A stretch of 64,000 nucleotides of DNA from Candidatus Marinacidobacterales bacterium. GTDB lineage: Bacteria > Acidobacteriota > Vicinamibacteria > Marinacidobacterales > SMYC01. Of this stretch, positions 26,859 to 37,260 are shown one piece after another. The position numbers were made by a program, and so were the translations under genes. Under the pieces are notes generated by a model. The model was not told the origin of the DNA. It searched no databases and worked only from the letters and a program-made list of their open reading frames with translations. The DNA lies in contig CBDCYI010000005.1 of the NCBI GenBank assembly GCA_965224085.1, positions 1,024,001 through 1,088,000 on the forward strand, in the 5' to 3' direction. Position 1 is the stretch's first letter. Each line of letters opens with the position of its first letter.

Positions 26859-28712
26859 CTAGATAATGTCCTCGATGACCTTGATTGCGAGCTCGAATCG
26901 ATTGAACGGCGGCAACACATAAGCACCGTCCGCGAGATCTCGGGCGGCTCGCAAAGCATCGCGCGCGACATCCACACCGACTTGCTGGGCGGCTTCTTTC
27001 GTCGACGCGCTCCTCAGCCGATCGCGAATCTCCTGCGGGACGGCCATGCCGGGCACTTCGTTGTGGAGAAACTCGGCGTTGCGCGAGTTCACGAGCGGCA
27101 GGATGCCGACGAGCACCGGGACCCGGTAGCTCTCGATCGCTTCGAGAAACCTTTTGAGATAGCGCGCCTCGTAGACGGGCTGCGTCAAGCAATATTCCGC
27201 TCCCGCCTCCACTTTGTTCTGGAATCTCTGAATCTCGGCGTCGAAATCGGTCGCTCCAGGGTTGACCCCGACACCGATGTGGAACGGGAGCGCAAGGCCG
27301 AGAGGGTTTCCCGAAAGATCGAGGCCACGATTCAACCGTCCGAGGATCTTCGTGAGGCCCACGGAGTCGACGTCGAAGACCGCGGTGGCATATGGGTAAT
27401 CTCCGAGCTTGGGAGGATCGCCTGTTACCGCAAGGATGTTACGCAAGCCGAGGGACTGCGCCCCTAGAAGATCCGACTGGATGCCGATGAGGTTCCGGTC
27501 GCGGCATTGATAGTGAAGGATCGTCTCCAAGCCGACACGCTGCTCGAGAAGGACAGCAAAGCTCAGCGCGCTCATCCTAGCGCTCGCGCGCGGGCCGTCG
27601 CCGACATTGATGTAGTCGACCTCGTTCTCCTTCAGCCACTGCGCTTTTTCGAGAAAGAGTCCTGGATCCGCGCCTTTGGGCGGATCCATTTCGACCGAGA
27701 CGACGAATTTGCGGCCAAGGTTTCTCGCAAGACGTGATTTTTTCTCGCGCGGCACGGGCTCGCGCTCGATGCGCTCTCCGGAGGGGGCGGCCACTTCGAT
27801 TTGCGTTCGCGCCGGGCCGAGCGCGCGAACGACGCCGACCATCGCGCCGATATGGTCCGGCGTCGTGCCACAACAGCCGCCGAGAATCGTGGCACCGGCC
27901 TTCAAGAAAAGTTTCGCGTAATGGCCCATGTACTCGGGTGAGCTCAGGTAGATGACGCGTCCTTCGACAAGCTCGGGGAGACCGGCGTTCGGCTGCACGG
28001 AGATCGGAACCTTCGTCGCGGTAGAGAGCCGCTCGACGACGCGCAGCATGAGCTCGGGACCTACGCTACAATTCGCGCCGATGGCGTCGATGTCGAGCTC
28101 CGAGAGCTTGAGGGCGACGTGCTCGGGTTTGGCGCCAAGCGGTGTCGATCCGTCGTCGCCGTAAGTCATCTGCGCGACGATCGGCAGATCCGGCGCCACC
28201 TCGCGCAGCGCGCGGATGGCAAGACCGAGCTCCCGCAGATCCGAGAACGTTTCGAGAATCACGAAATCGACAGCGCCAGCGATCAATCCCTCGCTTTGCT
28301 CGCCAAAGGTCGCGAGCGCCTCCTCCTCGGAAATCGTTCCGATCGGCGCGATCGGTTTTCCGAGCGGGCCGATCGAACCGGCAACGAGAACGGGCCCATC
28401 CTTATCCCCGATGGCGCCTCTCGCCACCGCCGCGCCGGCCTCGTTGATCTCACGGACGCGGTCTTTGAACCCGTGAGGCTCGAGCTTGAAACGGTTGGCA
28501 CCGTAAGTGTTCGTCTCGAGGACGTCGACACCGACGTCGAGGTAATCACGATGAACCGACCGGACGAGCTCGCGATTCGAGAGGTTCAGCTCGTCGAAAC
28601 AGCGGTTGACCATCACGCCCTTGCCGTAGAGCAACGTGCCCATGGCGCCGTCACAAACGAGCGGCGCGGATAAGAGCCGCTTTCGGAAGGCGTCTCGTCC
28701 AAACGACGTCAT
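26859..28712 (-). CDS. yitJ: Bifunctional homocysteine S-methyltransferase / methylenetetrahydrofolate reductase
   Basis: [19 protein letters not shown], then MTHFR domain (DPPKG, CRDRN, TGDPP, TQPVY). Confidence 0.93.
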   Translation of the reverse strand: MTSFGRDAFRKRLLSAPLVCDGAMGTLLYGKGVMVNRCFDELNLSNRELVRSVHRDYLDVGVDVLETNTYGANRFKLEPHGFKDRVREINEAGAAVARGAIGDKDGPVLVAGSIGPLGKPIAPIGTISEEEALATFGEQSEGLIAGAVDFVILETFSDLRELGLAIRALREVAPDLPIVAQMTYGDDGSTPLGAKPEHVALKLSELDIDAIGANCSVGPELMLRVVERLSTATKVPISVQPNAGLPELVEGRVIYLSSPEYMGHYAKLFLKAGATILGGCCGTTPDHIGAMVGVVRALGPARTQIEVAAPSGERIEREPVPREKKSRLARNLGRKFVVSVEMDPPKGADPGLFLEKAQWLKENEVDYINVGDGPRASARMSALSFAVLLEQRVGLETILHYQCRDRNLIGIQSDLLGAQSLGLRNILAVTGDPPKLGDYPYATAVFDVDSVGLTKILGRLNRGLDLSGNPLGLALPFHIGVGVNPGATDFDAEIQRFQNKVEAGAEYCLTQPVYEARYLKRFLEAIESYRVPVLVGILPLVNSRNAEFLHNEVPGMAVPQEIRDRLRSASTKEAAQQVGVDVARDALRAARDLADGAYVLPPFNRFELAIKVIEDII

Positions 28713-29314
28713 TCGCGCTCCTGCGCGGGCATGTCGATGTCGGCGAGCCCTAGAGTTTCCTCGGCGAGCCCCAGAATTCCCGTTTCGACGCTGAGACTTT
28801 GGTCATCGATATGGCTCGCCAGAATGCGGCGCGCTTCGCCGTAGTGCTCTTTCGGAACTCGAAGCCGCGCGTAGTCCTGCTCCATCAGGCCTGTTTCCTT
28901 CGTGACGATCAGAACGATGTCCGGTTGTTCGCGCCACCCCAAACGCCGCACTTTCGTATAGGGCACGAACGAGCGGTCGAACCAAATGCCCGACTGGTAG
29001 AAACCACGTTGAATCTGAAACGAGAGAGGAAAGGCGATCGTGTAGTAGATGGCCATCAGGCCTTGGGCCACGCTCGAGAGGATCGGCCTATCCAAAACGA
29101 AGAGGCTCAACGCCGTCATGCTCACCATGAAAAAACCGATGCCGATGCACATGTTGTAAAACCACGGCCGGCTGAGCCGCCACGTGAGCTCGGCGGTGGG
29201 CATGAGGCGGCGATATCGCGCGTAGCGAGCAAGGAAAAAGACGTTCCACACGGTAAAGAGCCCCGCGAGGCCGATAAAGGTCAAATCGAGAACACTGGAC
29301 ATAACTGGTCCCAT
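28709..29314 (-). CDS. Hypothetical membrane protein (3 TM + PH-like tail)
   Basis: Three hydrophobic segments. Overlaps yitJ start (ATGA). Confidence 0.7.
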   Translation of the reverse strand: MGPVMSSVLDLTFIGLAGLFTVWNVFFLARYARYRRLMPTAELTWRLSRPWFYNMCIGIGFFMVSMTALSLFVLDRPILSSVAQGLMAIYYTIAFPLSFQIQRGFYQSGIWFDRSFVPYTKVRRLGWREQPDIVLIVTKETGLMEQDYARLRVPKEHYGEARRILASHIDDQSLSVETGILGLAEETLGLADIDMPAQERE

Positions 29315-29400
29315 TGTACAGCGCTGAACGATTGAACCTTCGCGTCTTTGAACCTTGGCGCCTTGGCGTTACGCTTTGCTCTGGACTCGCAGCTACTCAG

Positions 29401-30777
29401 CTAAAGCTCGCGAGGCCCCGCTTGCGGAACCTTCATCGAGCTCCGGTTATGCTCCGCAGCATCGTCACTAAGCACGGGCTCTACGAACAGCCGCAGCGCG
29501 TCGCGGTGTCCATGCGCGATCAGCGCGTTCAAGTCGAGCCGCTCGTTTCCAATCTGGGCGCGCCCAGTCACTTCGAAGGCGTTCAGTCGTTGCTTGTCAG
29601 GGCGGATCAGGAAAACGGGGAGGTCGTTTTGTCTCGTCGCCTCGACGAGATCGTCGCTCAAGACTCTCCGCACCGAAGCCTCGATGAGCCGCTCGATCGC
29701 ATTGCCGCCCGGACGTTCGCTGGGAGCGCAGCCGGCGACATAGATGATTTGTTCCGCACCGGCGGCCACGGCGTCCTGAACCGCGCTCGAGCCAGAGAGG
29801 AGGCTCCCGGCGAAGCGATGAACTTCGCCCCCGAAGTCGGTATCGAGCGGAAGCTTGATCGGCACGTTCGGCACGAGCCCAACAGGGCTCAACGCCGCCA
29901 TCAAAGCATCGAATAATAGCGGGCCACCGTCTTTGGCGAGATCGATCGTCTCCCGGTGTCGCGCTCGCCCCGCGCCATTCGATGAAAACTTTTTGAGAAA
30001 ACGATCCTTCAAGAGCGCAAAAGTAACTTCGCGACCGCTATCGGTGTCGAGAGCGTAGAAGACGAGCTCGCGAAAACCGAGCTGCCCGAGGCTTCCAGAC
30101 AGAAGTTCTTGATAGGCGCCGCCGATGTCCCTTCGCTCCCGTGGCCGATCGCCGGTCGATGCGCCCCGCACGGCTTGCCATAGCTTGGTCTCGACGAGCG
30201 CCGCGAGCGGCTCAAGGTCGTATAACTCTGGAAGCGAGGGCGCGCCACGTTGCCGCGTGAAACTCGACAGCCACCACGTGACCCAAATCGTGCACAGTGC
30301 CACGAGCGGGATCACCATCGCACGGAGATAGACAGGCCCGGCGGCCTCGAACAGCGCGGGCAACCACTGCGAGCCCCCCGCGAGCCCCGGCTCCAGCGCC
30401 CCCAAAAGAAGGCGGCCCAAAGCTTGAAGCGGAAGCGCCAGGACCGCCGCGAGCCCGAATAAAACCGGAGAGAGAAATGCCGCCAGTGCAACCAGAAGAC
30501 AGGCCAGCGTCATCTTGTATAGAGGGCGCAAGCGCCATGGGCGTTTCCCACTGGCCTGGGCCAGAAGTCCCGCGTCTCCATGAAGCCGCCCTTCGGCATC
30601 GATTGAGCTGAAAACCGCGACGAGCGCCCCGGCTCCTTTGCCGATAACCATGTCGACACGCACACCAGCGGTCTTGAGCGCGCTCATGACACCCGCGAGA
30701 TAGGCAGCCGACGTGCCTTCGCCGATAAGGATCGCAGCTGTGCGTCGATGGGTGCTGAACTCGGAGAAGGTCGTCAT
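29401..30777 (-). CDS. Patatin-like protein with degenerate catalytic motifs
   Basis: GEGTSAAYLAGV (oxyanion loop-like), GKGAG in place of GxSxG, two central TMs. Confidence 0.65.
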   Translation of the reverse strand: MTTFSEFSTHRRTAAILIGEGTSAAYLAGVMSALKTAGVRVDMVIGKGAGALVAVFSSIDAEGRLHGDAGLLAQASGKRPWRLRPLYKMTLACLLVALAAFLSPVLFGLAAVLALPLQALGRLLLGALEPGLAGGSQWLPALFEAAGPVYLRAMVIPLVALCTIWVTWWLSSFTRQRGAPSLPELYDLEPLAALVETKLWQAVRGASTGDRPRERRDIGGAYQELLSGSLGQLGFRELVFYALDTDSGREVTFALLKDRFLKKFSSNGAGRARHRETIDLAKDGGPLLFDALMAALSPVGLVPNVPIKLPLDTDFGGEVHRFAGSLLSGSSAVQDAVAAGAEQIIYVAGCAPSERPGGNAIERLIEASVRRVLSDDLVEATRQNDLPVFLIRPDKQRLNAFEVTGRAQIGNERLDLNALIAHGHRDALRLFVEPVLSDDAAEHNRSSMKVPQAGPREL

Positions 30778-30894
30778 GCGCGCCCATGATAAATCAGCGC
30801 GGCGCACCGTACTACTAATGCTATCCAGGTAAACTTGAAAGCGTTTTGCTCTGCAGGGGCGATTACCAATGGCATCTGCCGTTGTGCGCATGTG

Positions 30895-30900
30895 TATAAT
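30895..30900 (+). promoter_or_regulatory. Perfect -10 hexamer, probable leaderless argS promoter
   Basis: TATAAT lies 6 nt before ATG 30907 and no SD precedes the ATG. Confidence 0.55.
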
Positions 30901-30906
30901 CCGCTG

Positions 30907-32865
30907 ATGAGCGAAGGAGGAGTTCATCGAAAGCTGCAGCGAGCGCTCCGCGACGCGGTCCAAGCGAATTATGGCGTCGCGATCGACGACGTCGTGCTGG
31001 AGCGACCGCCGAAATCGAGATTGGGAGATGCAGCTTTTCCAGTAGCTTTCGATCTCGCTCGGATCGCGAAAATGGCTCCGCGAAAGATCGCCGAGGTCTT
31101 GGCCCCCGCTCTAGAAAGCGTCCAAGGTGTGGAGCGTGTCGTCGTCGCAGGCGCGGGCTATCTCAACGTTTTCGTCGACCGAGCTAGCTATGTCGCGGAC
31201 TTCCTCGCGCCGAGAGCGCCGATAGCAGACGACGAGCCCAAAACGCGCTCAAAAACGATTGTCGAGCACACGAACATCAATCCAAACAAAGCCGCTCATA
31301 TCGGCCATCTCAGAAACGCGGCGCTCGGCGATAGCTTCGTGCGCGTATTGCGGTACTGCGGTCGTGACGTCGAAGTGCAGAACTACATTGACGATACCGG
31401 CGTGCAGGTCGCGGACGTCGTGGTCGGCTTTCTCCATATCGAGAAGAAAACGCTCGACGAGGTGCGCGCCATCGTCGATGAAGGGCGCTTCGACTACGTT
31501 TGCTGGGATCTGTACGCGCGCGTCTCCGGGTTTTACGAGGAGGATCGTGAGCGTCTGAAGCTTCGCGAGAAAACGCTCAAGGCCATCGAAGAAGGCGCTG
31601 GCCCGGAAGGACCCCTCGGCGAGCTGATCGCCGAGACGATCGTGCGCCACCACCTCGCGACGATGGAGCGTATCGATGTCCGCTACGATCTCCTGCCTTG
31701 GGAGAGCGATATTCTTCGATTGCATTTCTGGGAACGCGCCTACGAGCTCCTCAAGCAAAAAAAAGCCATCCGGCTCGCGACGATAGGCAAGAACGAAGGC
31801 TGTTGGATCATGGACCTCGGCACGGAAAGCGAGGAGCCGAGCGAACAAGACGAAAAAGTCATCGTGCGCTCGAACGGAACCGTGACTTACGTCGGCAAGG
31901 ACATCGCCTATCAAATGTGGAAGTTGGGGCTTCTCGACCGCCACTTCCAATACGAGACCTTTCACCGATATCACGACGGGCACACGGTGTGGTCGACGAC
32001 GGCAAACGGTGCGAACGACGCGCCGAGCTTCGGTAACGGCGAGAGTGTCTACAACGTCATCGACGTTCGACAAGCCTACCTTCAAGACATCGTGCAGCGC
32101 GGCGTCGCCTTGCTCGCTTCGGAACGAGCGCGAGACCGCTCCCACCACTTTTCTTACGAAATGGTCGCTCTAACACCGGCGACCTGTCGCGAGCTCGGCT
32201 TCCCCGTGAGCGCCGAGGAGGCGAAGAAACCTTACCTCGAAGTGTCGGGACGCAGAGGTCTGGGCGTGAAAGCGGACGATCTGCTCGGCGCACTCGAGAC
32301 GAAGGCGCGCGCCGAGGTCGACAAGAGAAACCCCGAGCTGACAGGAGACGAACAACGCGACATCGCCAAGGCGATCGCCCGAGGATCGCTACGCTACTTC
32401 ATGGTCAAGTACACGAAGAACAAGGTCATCGCCTTCGATTTCGATGAAGCCTTGAGCTTCGATGGCGACAGCGGGCCCTATCTGCAATACGCCGCGGTGC
32501 GCGCCACCAAGATCCTTCACAAGATGAGCACTTCATCCGTGGACATCACATTTCCAGAGACGTTGGCTGAGAGCTTCGAAACCCTCGGCGACGTGGAAGC
32601 GGATGAGATTTGGAGTCTCATGTATGAAGCGATGGAGCTTAGAGCGATTACGGAGACGGTCTTGCGCACCGAAGAGCCCTCCCATTTGGCGCGATTCGCC
32701 TTGGGCCTCGCGCAAAAGTTCAACGGGTTCTACCACCGCTTCAAGATCGCCACCGAGCCAAACAAAGCCAAGCGCGCGCTGCTGCTTCTAGTGGTACAAC
32801 TGTTTCACCGTCAGCACCAAACCACCCTCGAGCTGATGGGAATCCCGGTGCCAGACCGTATGTGA
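30907..32865 (+). CDS. argS: Arginyl-tRNA synthetase
   Basis: EHTNINPNKAAHIGHLRN, NYIDDTG, VSGRRG, GDSGPYLQYA, IPVPDRM. Confidence 0.97.
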   Translation: MSEGGVHRKLQRALRDAVQANYGVAIDDVVLERPPKSRLGDAAFPVAFDLARIAKMAPRKIAEVLAPALESVQGVERVVVAGAGYLNVFVDRASYVADFLAPRAPIADDEPKTRSKTIVEHTNINPNKAAHIGHLRNAALGDSFVRVLRYCGRDVEVQNYIDDTGVQVADVVVGFLHIEKKTLDEVRAIVDEGRFDYVCWDLYARVSGFYEEDRERLKLREKTLKAIEEGAGPEGPLGELIAETIVRHHLATMERIDVRYDLLPWESDILRLHFWERAYELLKQKKAIRLATIGKNEGCWIMDLGTESEEPSEQDEKVIVRSNGTVTYVGKDIAYQMWKLGLLDRHFQYETFHRYHDGHTVWSTTANGANDAPSFGNGESVYNVIDVRQAYLQDIVQRGVALLASERARDRSHHFSYEMVALTPATCRELGFPVSAEEAKKPYLEVSGRRGLGVKADDLLGALETKARAEVDKRNPELTGDEQRDIAKAIARGSLRYFMVKYTKNKVIAFDFDEALSFDGDSGPYLQYAAVRATKILHKMSTSSVDITFPETLAESFETLGDVEADEIWSLMYEAMELRAITETVLRTEEPSHLARFALGLAQKFNGFYHRFKIATEPNKAKRALLLLVVQLFHRQHQTTLELMGIPVPDRM

Positions 32866-32867
32866 GC

Positions 32868-32979
32868 TCAGCATTCAGGATTCAGGTCCGCATACAGTGA
32901 TGAAGCTATCTGGCTTTAGGGGCGACCTCGAATCGCAAGGTAGCGTCATCTGATCCCGATGCTGAATGGTGAATGCTGA
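32868..32979. repeat. Imperfect inverted repeat of heptamer units between convergent argS and lepB
   Basis: TCAGCATTCAGGATTCAGG (32868-32886) vs GCTGAATGGTGAATGCTGA (32961-32979), 16/19 complementary. Confidence 0.6.
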
Positions 32980-32983
32980 ATAG

Positions 32984-33715
32984 CTACTGAACCAGACCGA
33001 CGTCGCTCAGTGGCCAGATTCGCACGAAGGCTTTGCCGTAGATGTAGCGCTCGGGCACTAGGCCCCAGCTTCGGCTGTCATTGCTTCCGCGCCGATTGTC
33101 TCCCAAGACGAAATAATGTCCGGGGCGAATCTCGTGGCTCGGGTGGGACCTGCGGTCGGCATGCGAGCTCGTCACATAGGATTCGTCGATCAAAACCCCA
33201 TCGACGAAAACATCCCCGCTCTTGATCTCGACGGTTTCACCGGGTAGCGCGACTATCCGTTTGATGAAAGACAGCTCCGGGTCTTCCGGATACCAAAAGA
33301 CGACGACATCTCCGCGTGCGATATCACTGAAGTGATACATGAACTTGTTGACCAGAATCCGCTCGCCGTCTCGAAGCTCTGGGGACATACTCGTGCCCTG
33401 AACTTTGAACGCCTGAACAACATAAGTAATCAGCAGGACGCAGATCACGACCGCGATAGCCAAGTCGTGAATCAGCTCGACGAGCGAGTGAAACGTGCCT
33501 TGTTTTGGCGGTGCAACCTCTCCCGGTTCAGGCGGGTCGAATGTGTCACGAGGGCTCTCTACCGGCTTCGGCTCGAGCAACAGGGCAGGGTCAGGCTCGA
33601 CAACAGCAGCGGCTTGGGACGGGATTGCGGGCTCGGGCCTGACGGCCTCGCCTTTGGCTTCTTCTTCAATCGCGGTTTTCGGCTCGTTCGGTGGTAAGCG
33701 CGTCGGTGTCGTCAA
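32984..33715 (-). CDS. lepB: Signal peptidase I
   Basis: VQGTSMSP (Ser), FIKRIV (Lys), GDNRRGSNDSR. Confidence 0.95.
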   Translation of the reverse strand: MTTPTRLPPNEPKTAIEEEAKGEAVRPEPAIPSQAAAVVEPDPALLLEPKPVESPRDTFDPPEPGEVAPPKQGTFHSLVELIHDLAIAVVICVLLITYVVQAFKVQGTSMSPELRDGERILVNKFMYHFSDIARGDVVVFWYPEDPELSFIKRIVALPGETVEIKSGDVFVDGVLIDESYVTSSHADRRSHPSHEIRPGHYFVLGDNRRGSNDSRSWGLVPERYIYGKAFVRIWPLSDVGLVQ

Positions 33716-34857
33716 AGGTTCCTCATAACACGGGTACCGGCGATGCGATCGTGGAGTCCGCGTTTGTCGTCGGAAAAGGCGATCAGAACAAACCCCAATC
33801 CCATTATAAGCAAGCTTGCGACGTAGCCTAGTGCTCGGAGCGCGGCGCGTTGATAGCCGATCGGACTTTCTCCCTCTTCCGATTCAACGACGATAGCGAG
33901 GAGGCTCTTGCCGGGTGTCGCTCCACGATAGCCCCAGAAGAGAACGAAATAGATGAGACAGAGTATCGGAAACGCGATCGCAAGGAGTGGGAGGCCGAAG
34001 GAAGGTACGGAGCGAGACCCGGTATCCGTGGCGCTCAACGCAAGAGTCCCCCAAATCAACGTCGTCACGAAGATTGGAATCCCCAAGATCATACCGTCCA
34101 CGACCGCGGCAACGAGTCGAACACCGAACCCAGCGGGCTCTTCGTTCTTCTTGGCTCGCACGCCCGGTTTCCGGGGTGTAAGCGGCGCCGGGCGCTTATG
34201 CCTACCGTCGGGCCGGTCGGGATCGGTGTTCTTGAGATCGAGCTCCGCTGCATCGGTGGGCTGCGTCGACAACATTTTGTCTCTAGCGGGCAGCTCGTGG
34301 CCACAATGGCCGCAGAACTCTGCAGGGAGCTGCACGCTGCGACCGCAAGCGGTGCAAACGGCGATCTGCTTTCTAACCAGCTCCGTGCCGCACTTCCGGC
34401 AAAAACGATCGTTGGTGAGCGAAGGCGTATCACAGGACGGGCAGCGTATCTTCCCGCTCGGGCTTCCCTTGTCCGCGTCCGCGTTTCGCACGTCGGACGC
34501 GGCTTTCACGCTCCCCTCGCCGTCCGCCGCCGGCGGATCGGTCGCGGCGGCGCCCAAAGCTAGCGCGTTGTCGAGTTGAAAGAGCAGACGAGCGGAGCCG
34601 ATCGCGACGAGATCGCCGTCTCGTAACGTGTGCTCGCTATCCACCTTGTCGCCGTTCACCAGCGTGCCGTTGGCGCTGCCGTTGTCGCGCAGAACGAAAA
34701 CATCGTCGCGTTGCTCTAGAATCGCGTGACGGCGCGAGACCATCGAATCCGACAAGACGAGATCATTCGACGGGTCACGACCGATCGAGATCACTCGAGT
34801 AGCAATCGCGATCTCTTTCTTGTTGCTGGAGGTCGGGTTGACGACGAGCTTGGGCAA
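33712..34857 (-). CDS. FHA + double zinc ribbon + RDD membrane protein
   Basis: IGRDPS..VSRRHA..SANGT (FHA), four CxxC pairs, GVRLVAAVVD..TPGK..GLHDRIAGT (RDD). Confidence 0.9.
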   Translation of the reverse strand: MPKLVVNPTSSNKKEIAIATRVISIGRDPSNDLVLSDSMVSRRHAILEQRDDVFVLRDNGSANGTLVNGDKVDSEHTLRDGDLVAIGSARLLFQLDNALALGAAATDPPAADGEGSVKAASDVRNADADKGSPSGKIRCPSCDTPSLTNDRFCRKCGTELVRKQIAVCTACGRSVQLPAEFCGHCGHELPARDKMLSTQPTDAAELDLKNTDPDRPDGRHKRPAPLTPRKPGVRAKKNEEPAGFGVRLVAAVVDGMILGIPIFVTTLIWGTLALSATDTGSRSVPSFGLPLLAIAFPILCLIYFVLFWGYRGATPGKSLLAIVVESEEGESPIGYQRAALRALGYVASLLIMGLGFVLIAFSDDKRGLHDRIAGTRVMRNL

Positions 34858-34862
34858 AGCCT

Positions 34863-37080
34863 CTACCTACCTCGTCGAAATCGAAAGCGCTGAACCCAGC
34901 GTATCCTTACAGGGACCCCGTTCCTGGTCGCCGGTTGATAGCGCCATGCTTGGACTGTCCCGGTCACCGTGTCGTCGAACATCTCACCGCCCGACTCTTG
35001 AACCGTGACATCTTGGACCGCGCCGGATTCGTCGATGACGTAGCTCAGCTCGACCACCCCTTCCACTCCTCGTCGCCGCGCCGCTTCCGGGTAGGGGGCT
35101 GCTGGACACTCGAGGCATTTGGGATCGACGACGCCCGGGTCCCCGCGCTCGACGACGTCCGGGTCCGCGCGCTCGACGAGCGTCTCGGATGCGACCGGCG
35201 GCGCTGTTGTCGTTTTTGGCGGGGAGGGGTCACGCGACGCGCGACCATCCCGCGTCAACATCGCGTCGACATGGATCGTCTCGCCCGATCGTGCGGACAC
35301 CGTGTCTTCCCACGGTAAATAGCCGTTACGCTCGATGCGCACGACCCGGTTCCCCGGAGCGACCCCGTTCTGTGGGTGTCGTCCCGACCCTCTGCCCGTC
35401 GATGGCGACCCGCGCGCCGCCGGGCGAGCTACTAACGAGCAAATAAGCCGGGGCCGGCACCAAGACCAGTTCGAAGTTCGCGAGCGGCTCTTCTCCCGTC
35501 AACGCGGCGCTGAGCTCTTCCGGAAGATAGCCCGTTCGTTCGACTCTCAGCGCGTAGTCACCAAGCGGGAGTGCTTCGAGCTCGAGAGGCGTGGTGCCGC
35601 GTTGTTCACCGTCGAGAAAGACAAGAGCGCCCTCCGGTTCGGTCGTCACCACCACGGTACCGGATTCGACGGCCGCCGAAGTGGTTGCGGCATCCGGGCT
35701 CGGCCCTCCGCCCGAGAAAATGAGAAACAAAGCGAAAATCATCGAAACAAAGACCACCGCTGCGAGAGCCAGCCGCGTGGGTGGCAAAGCACGCAGCCAT
35801 GCAGTAGCAGTCCGGCCGGCCGCGGTGGCCGGGCCTTGGACGACGGTTTCGTCCGCCGCGTCGAAGGCTACTACCGTTTCGTCCAGCTCAGATTCCGCGT
35901 ACAAAGTCGCTTCAGCGTCACCCGGCGGAGCCATGAGCACTGTGTCCTCGTTGATTTCTTCAACGCTCGGTCGGGCCTCCAGATTCGTATCCGCCGACAC
36001 GTCGGCGATCGCGTGATCGCGCTCGAGGCCTACGGTCACGCCTTCGAGCGATTCGTCTTGTCCGGATGCGGGGGGCGCCGCGTCGGCGGATAGGACCACG
36101 GTTTCGCCCGGGCCATCCTCAACGGGTTGAGCTGTCTCGACCGGCGTCGACGGCACCGAGGGAGCGGGAGCGGCGTCGAAAAGCGCCCCGGCATCTTTCA
36201 TGACGATGGTCTCGCCCTCGAGAGCACCGAACCAGGACCCGAGGCAATGTTCGAGGTTCTCGACGAACTCCGCTGCCGTTGAAAAACGCTCGTTCGCCTC
36301 TTTCGCGAGCACTCTGTCGAACACTTCGTGCCATTTGTTCGGCAGAAGACCCAACACTTCCAGATCGTCCGGGCGGACGGGATCGGCGTGTACGAGCTTG
36401 TACAAGATCGACGTGACGTTGTTGCCTGGAAACGGTTGCTTTCCGGACAGCATCTCGAACGATACGACACCGAGGGAAAAAATGTCGGTCCGACCATCGA
36501 GATCCTCTCCCATCGCTTGCTCCGGCGACATGTAGCTCGGTGTCCCAAGCATGAGGCCCGAGTTCGTCATCTCGGCATCCATGAGCTTCGCGATCCCGAA
36601 ATCCGCAACTTTCACTTTCTCGCCGCCAAACACGATAATGTTGGACGGTTTGATGTCACGGTGGATGACACCTTCGCCATGGGCGTAGTCGAGCGCGCTC
36701 GCGATCTGGGAGACGAGCCCGACGACAACTTCGGGGCGGAGCTTTTCACCTTCGATCAAATCGGCGACGGTCTGGCCCTCGATGAACTCCATCGCACGCC
36801 AGGGAAGCTGGCCGTCCGTGTGGCCGACATCGTAGAGAGTGACAATGTTCGGGTGGGACAAACGGCCCGCGGTGCGCGCCTCCGTCGCAAAGCGTTCTAG
36901 AAAAGCTTTGTACTCAGGACTCTGCGGCGGCACATCGACACGCAACGTTTTCACCGCGACGGGCCGCTTGATCAGCGGGTCGAAGGCTTTGTACACCGCT
37001 CCCATGGCGCCGAAGCCGACCGCTTCGATGATCTCGTAGCGATCGATCTTCTTCGGGATTTGGTCACCACGCTGAGTCAA
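34863..37080 (-). pseudogene. Hanks Ser/Thr kinase-TM-PEGA-PEGA-TonB C-terminal protein, split by a frameshift near 35364 (real or sequencing error)
   Basis: GFGAMG, VAVK, HRDIKPSN, DFG, YMSPEQ, TM, PEGA. Frame switches from GTTPTER to VAPGNRVVRIERNGY, which continues into TonB_C (YPEAARRRGVEGVV..WRYQPA). Confidence 0.8.
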
Positions 37081-37260
37081 CGGGGTTCTCCTGTCCTACG
37101 CCTCGAATCTTTCGTCGAGACCACCGGGCACGGCCGCCCAAAATACAGTTAAGTTACTCTAACATAACCTTTTAACCGGTGTCAACGCCAAGCCTGGCCT
37201 GACACCATTGACAACGCTATGATAGGCAGGTTTACAGAAGCTTGGAGCCGCCGAATTTCC

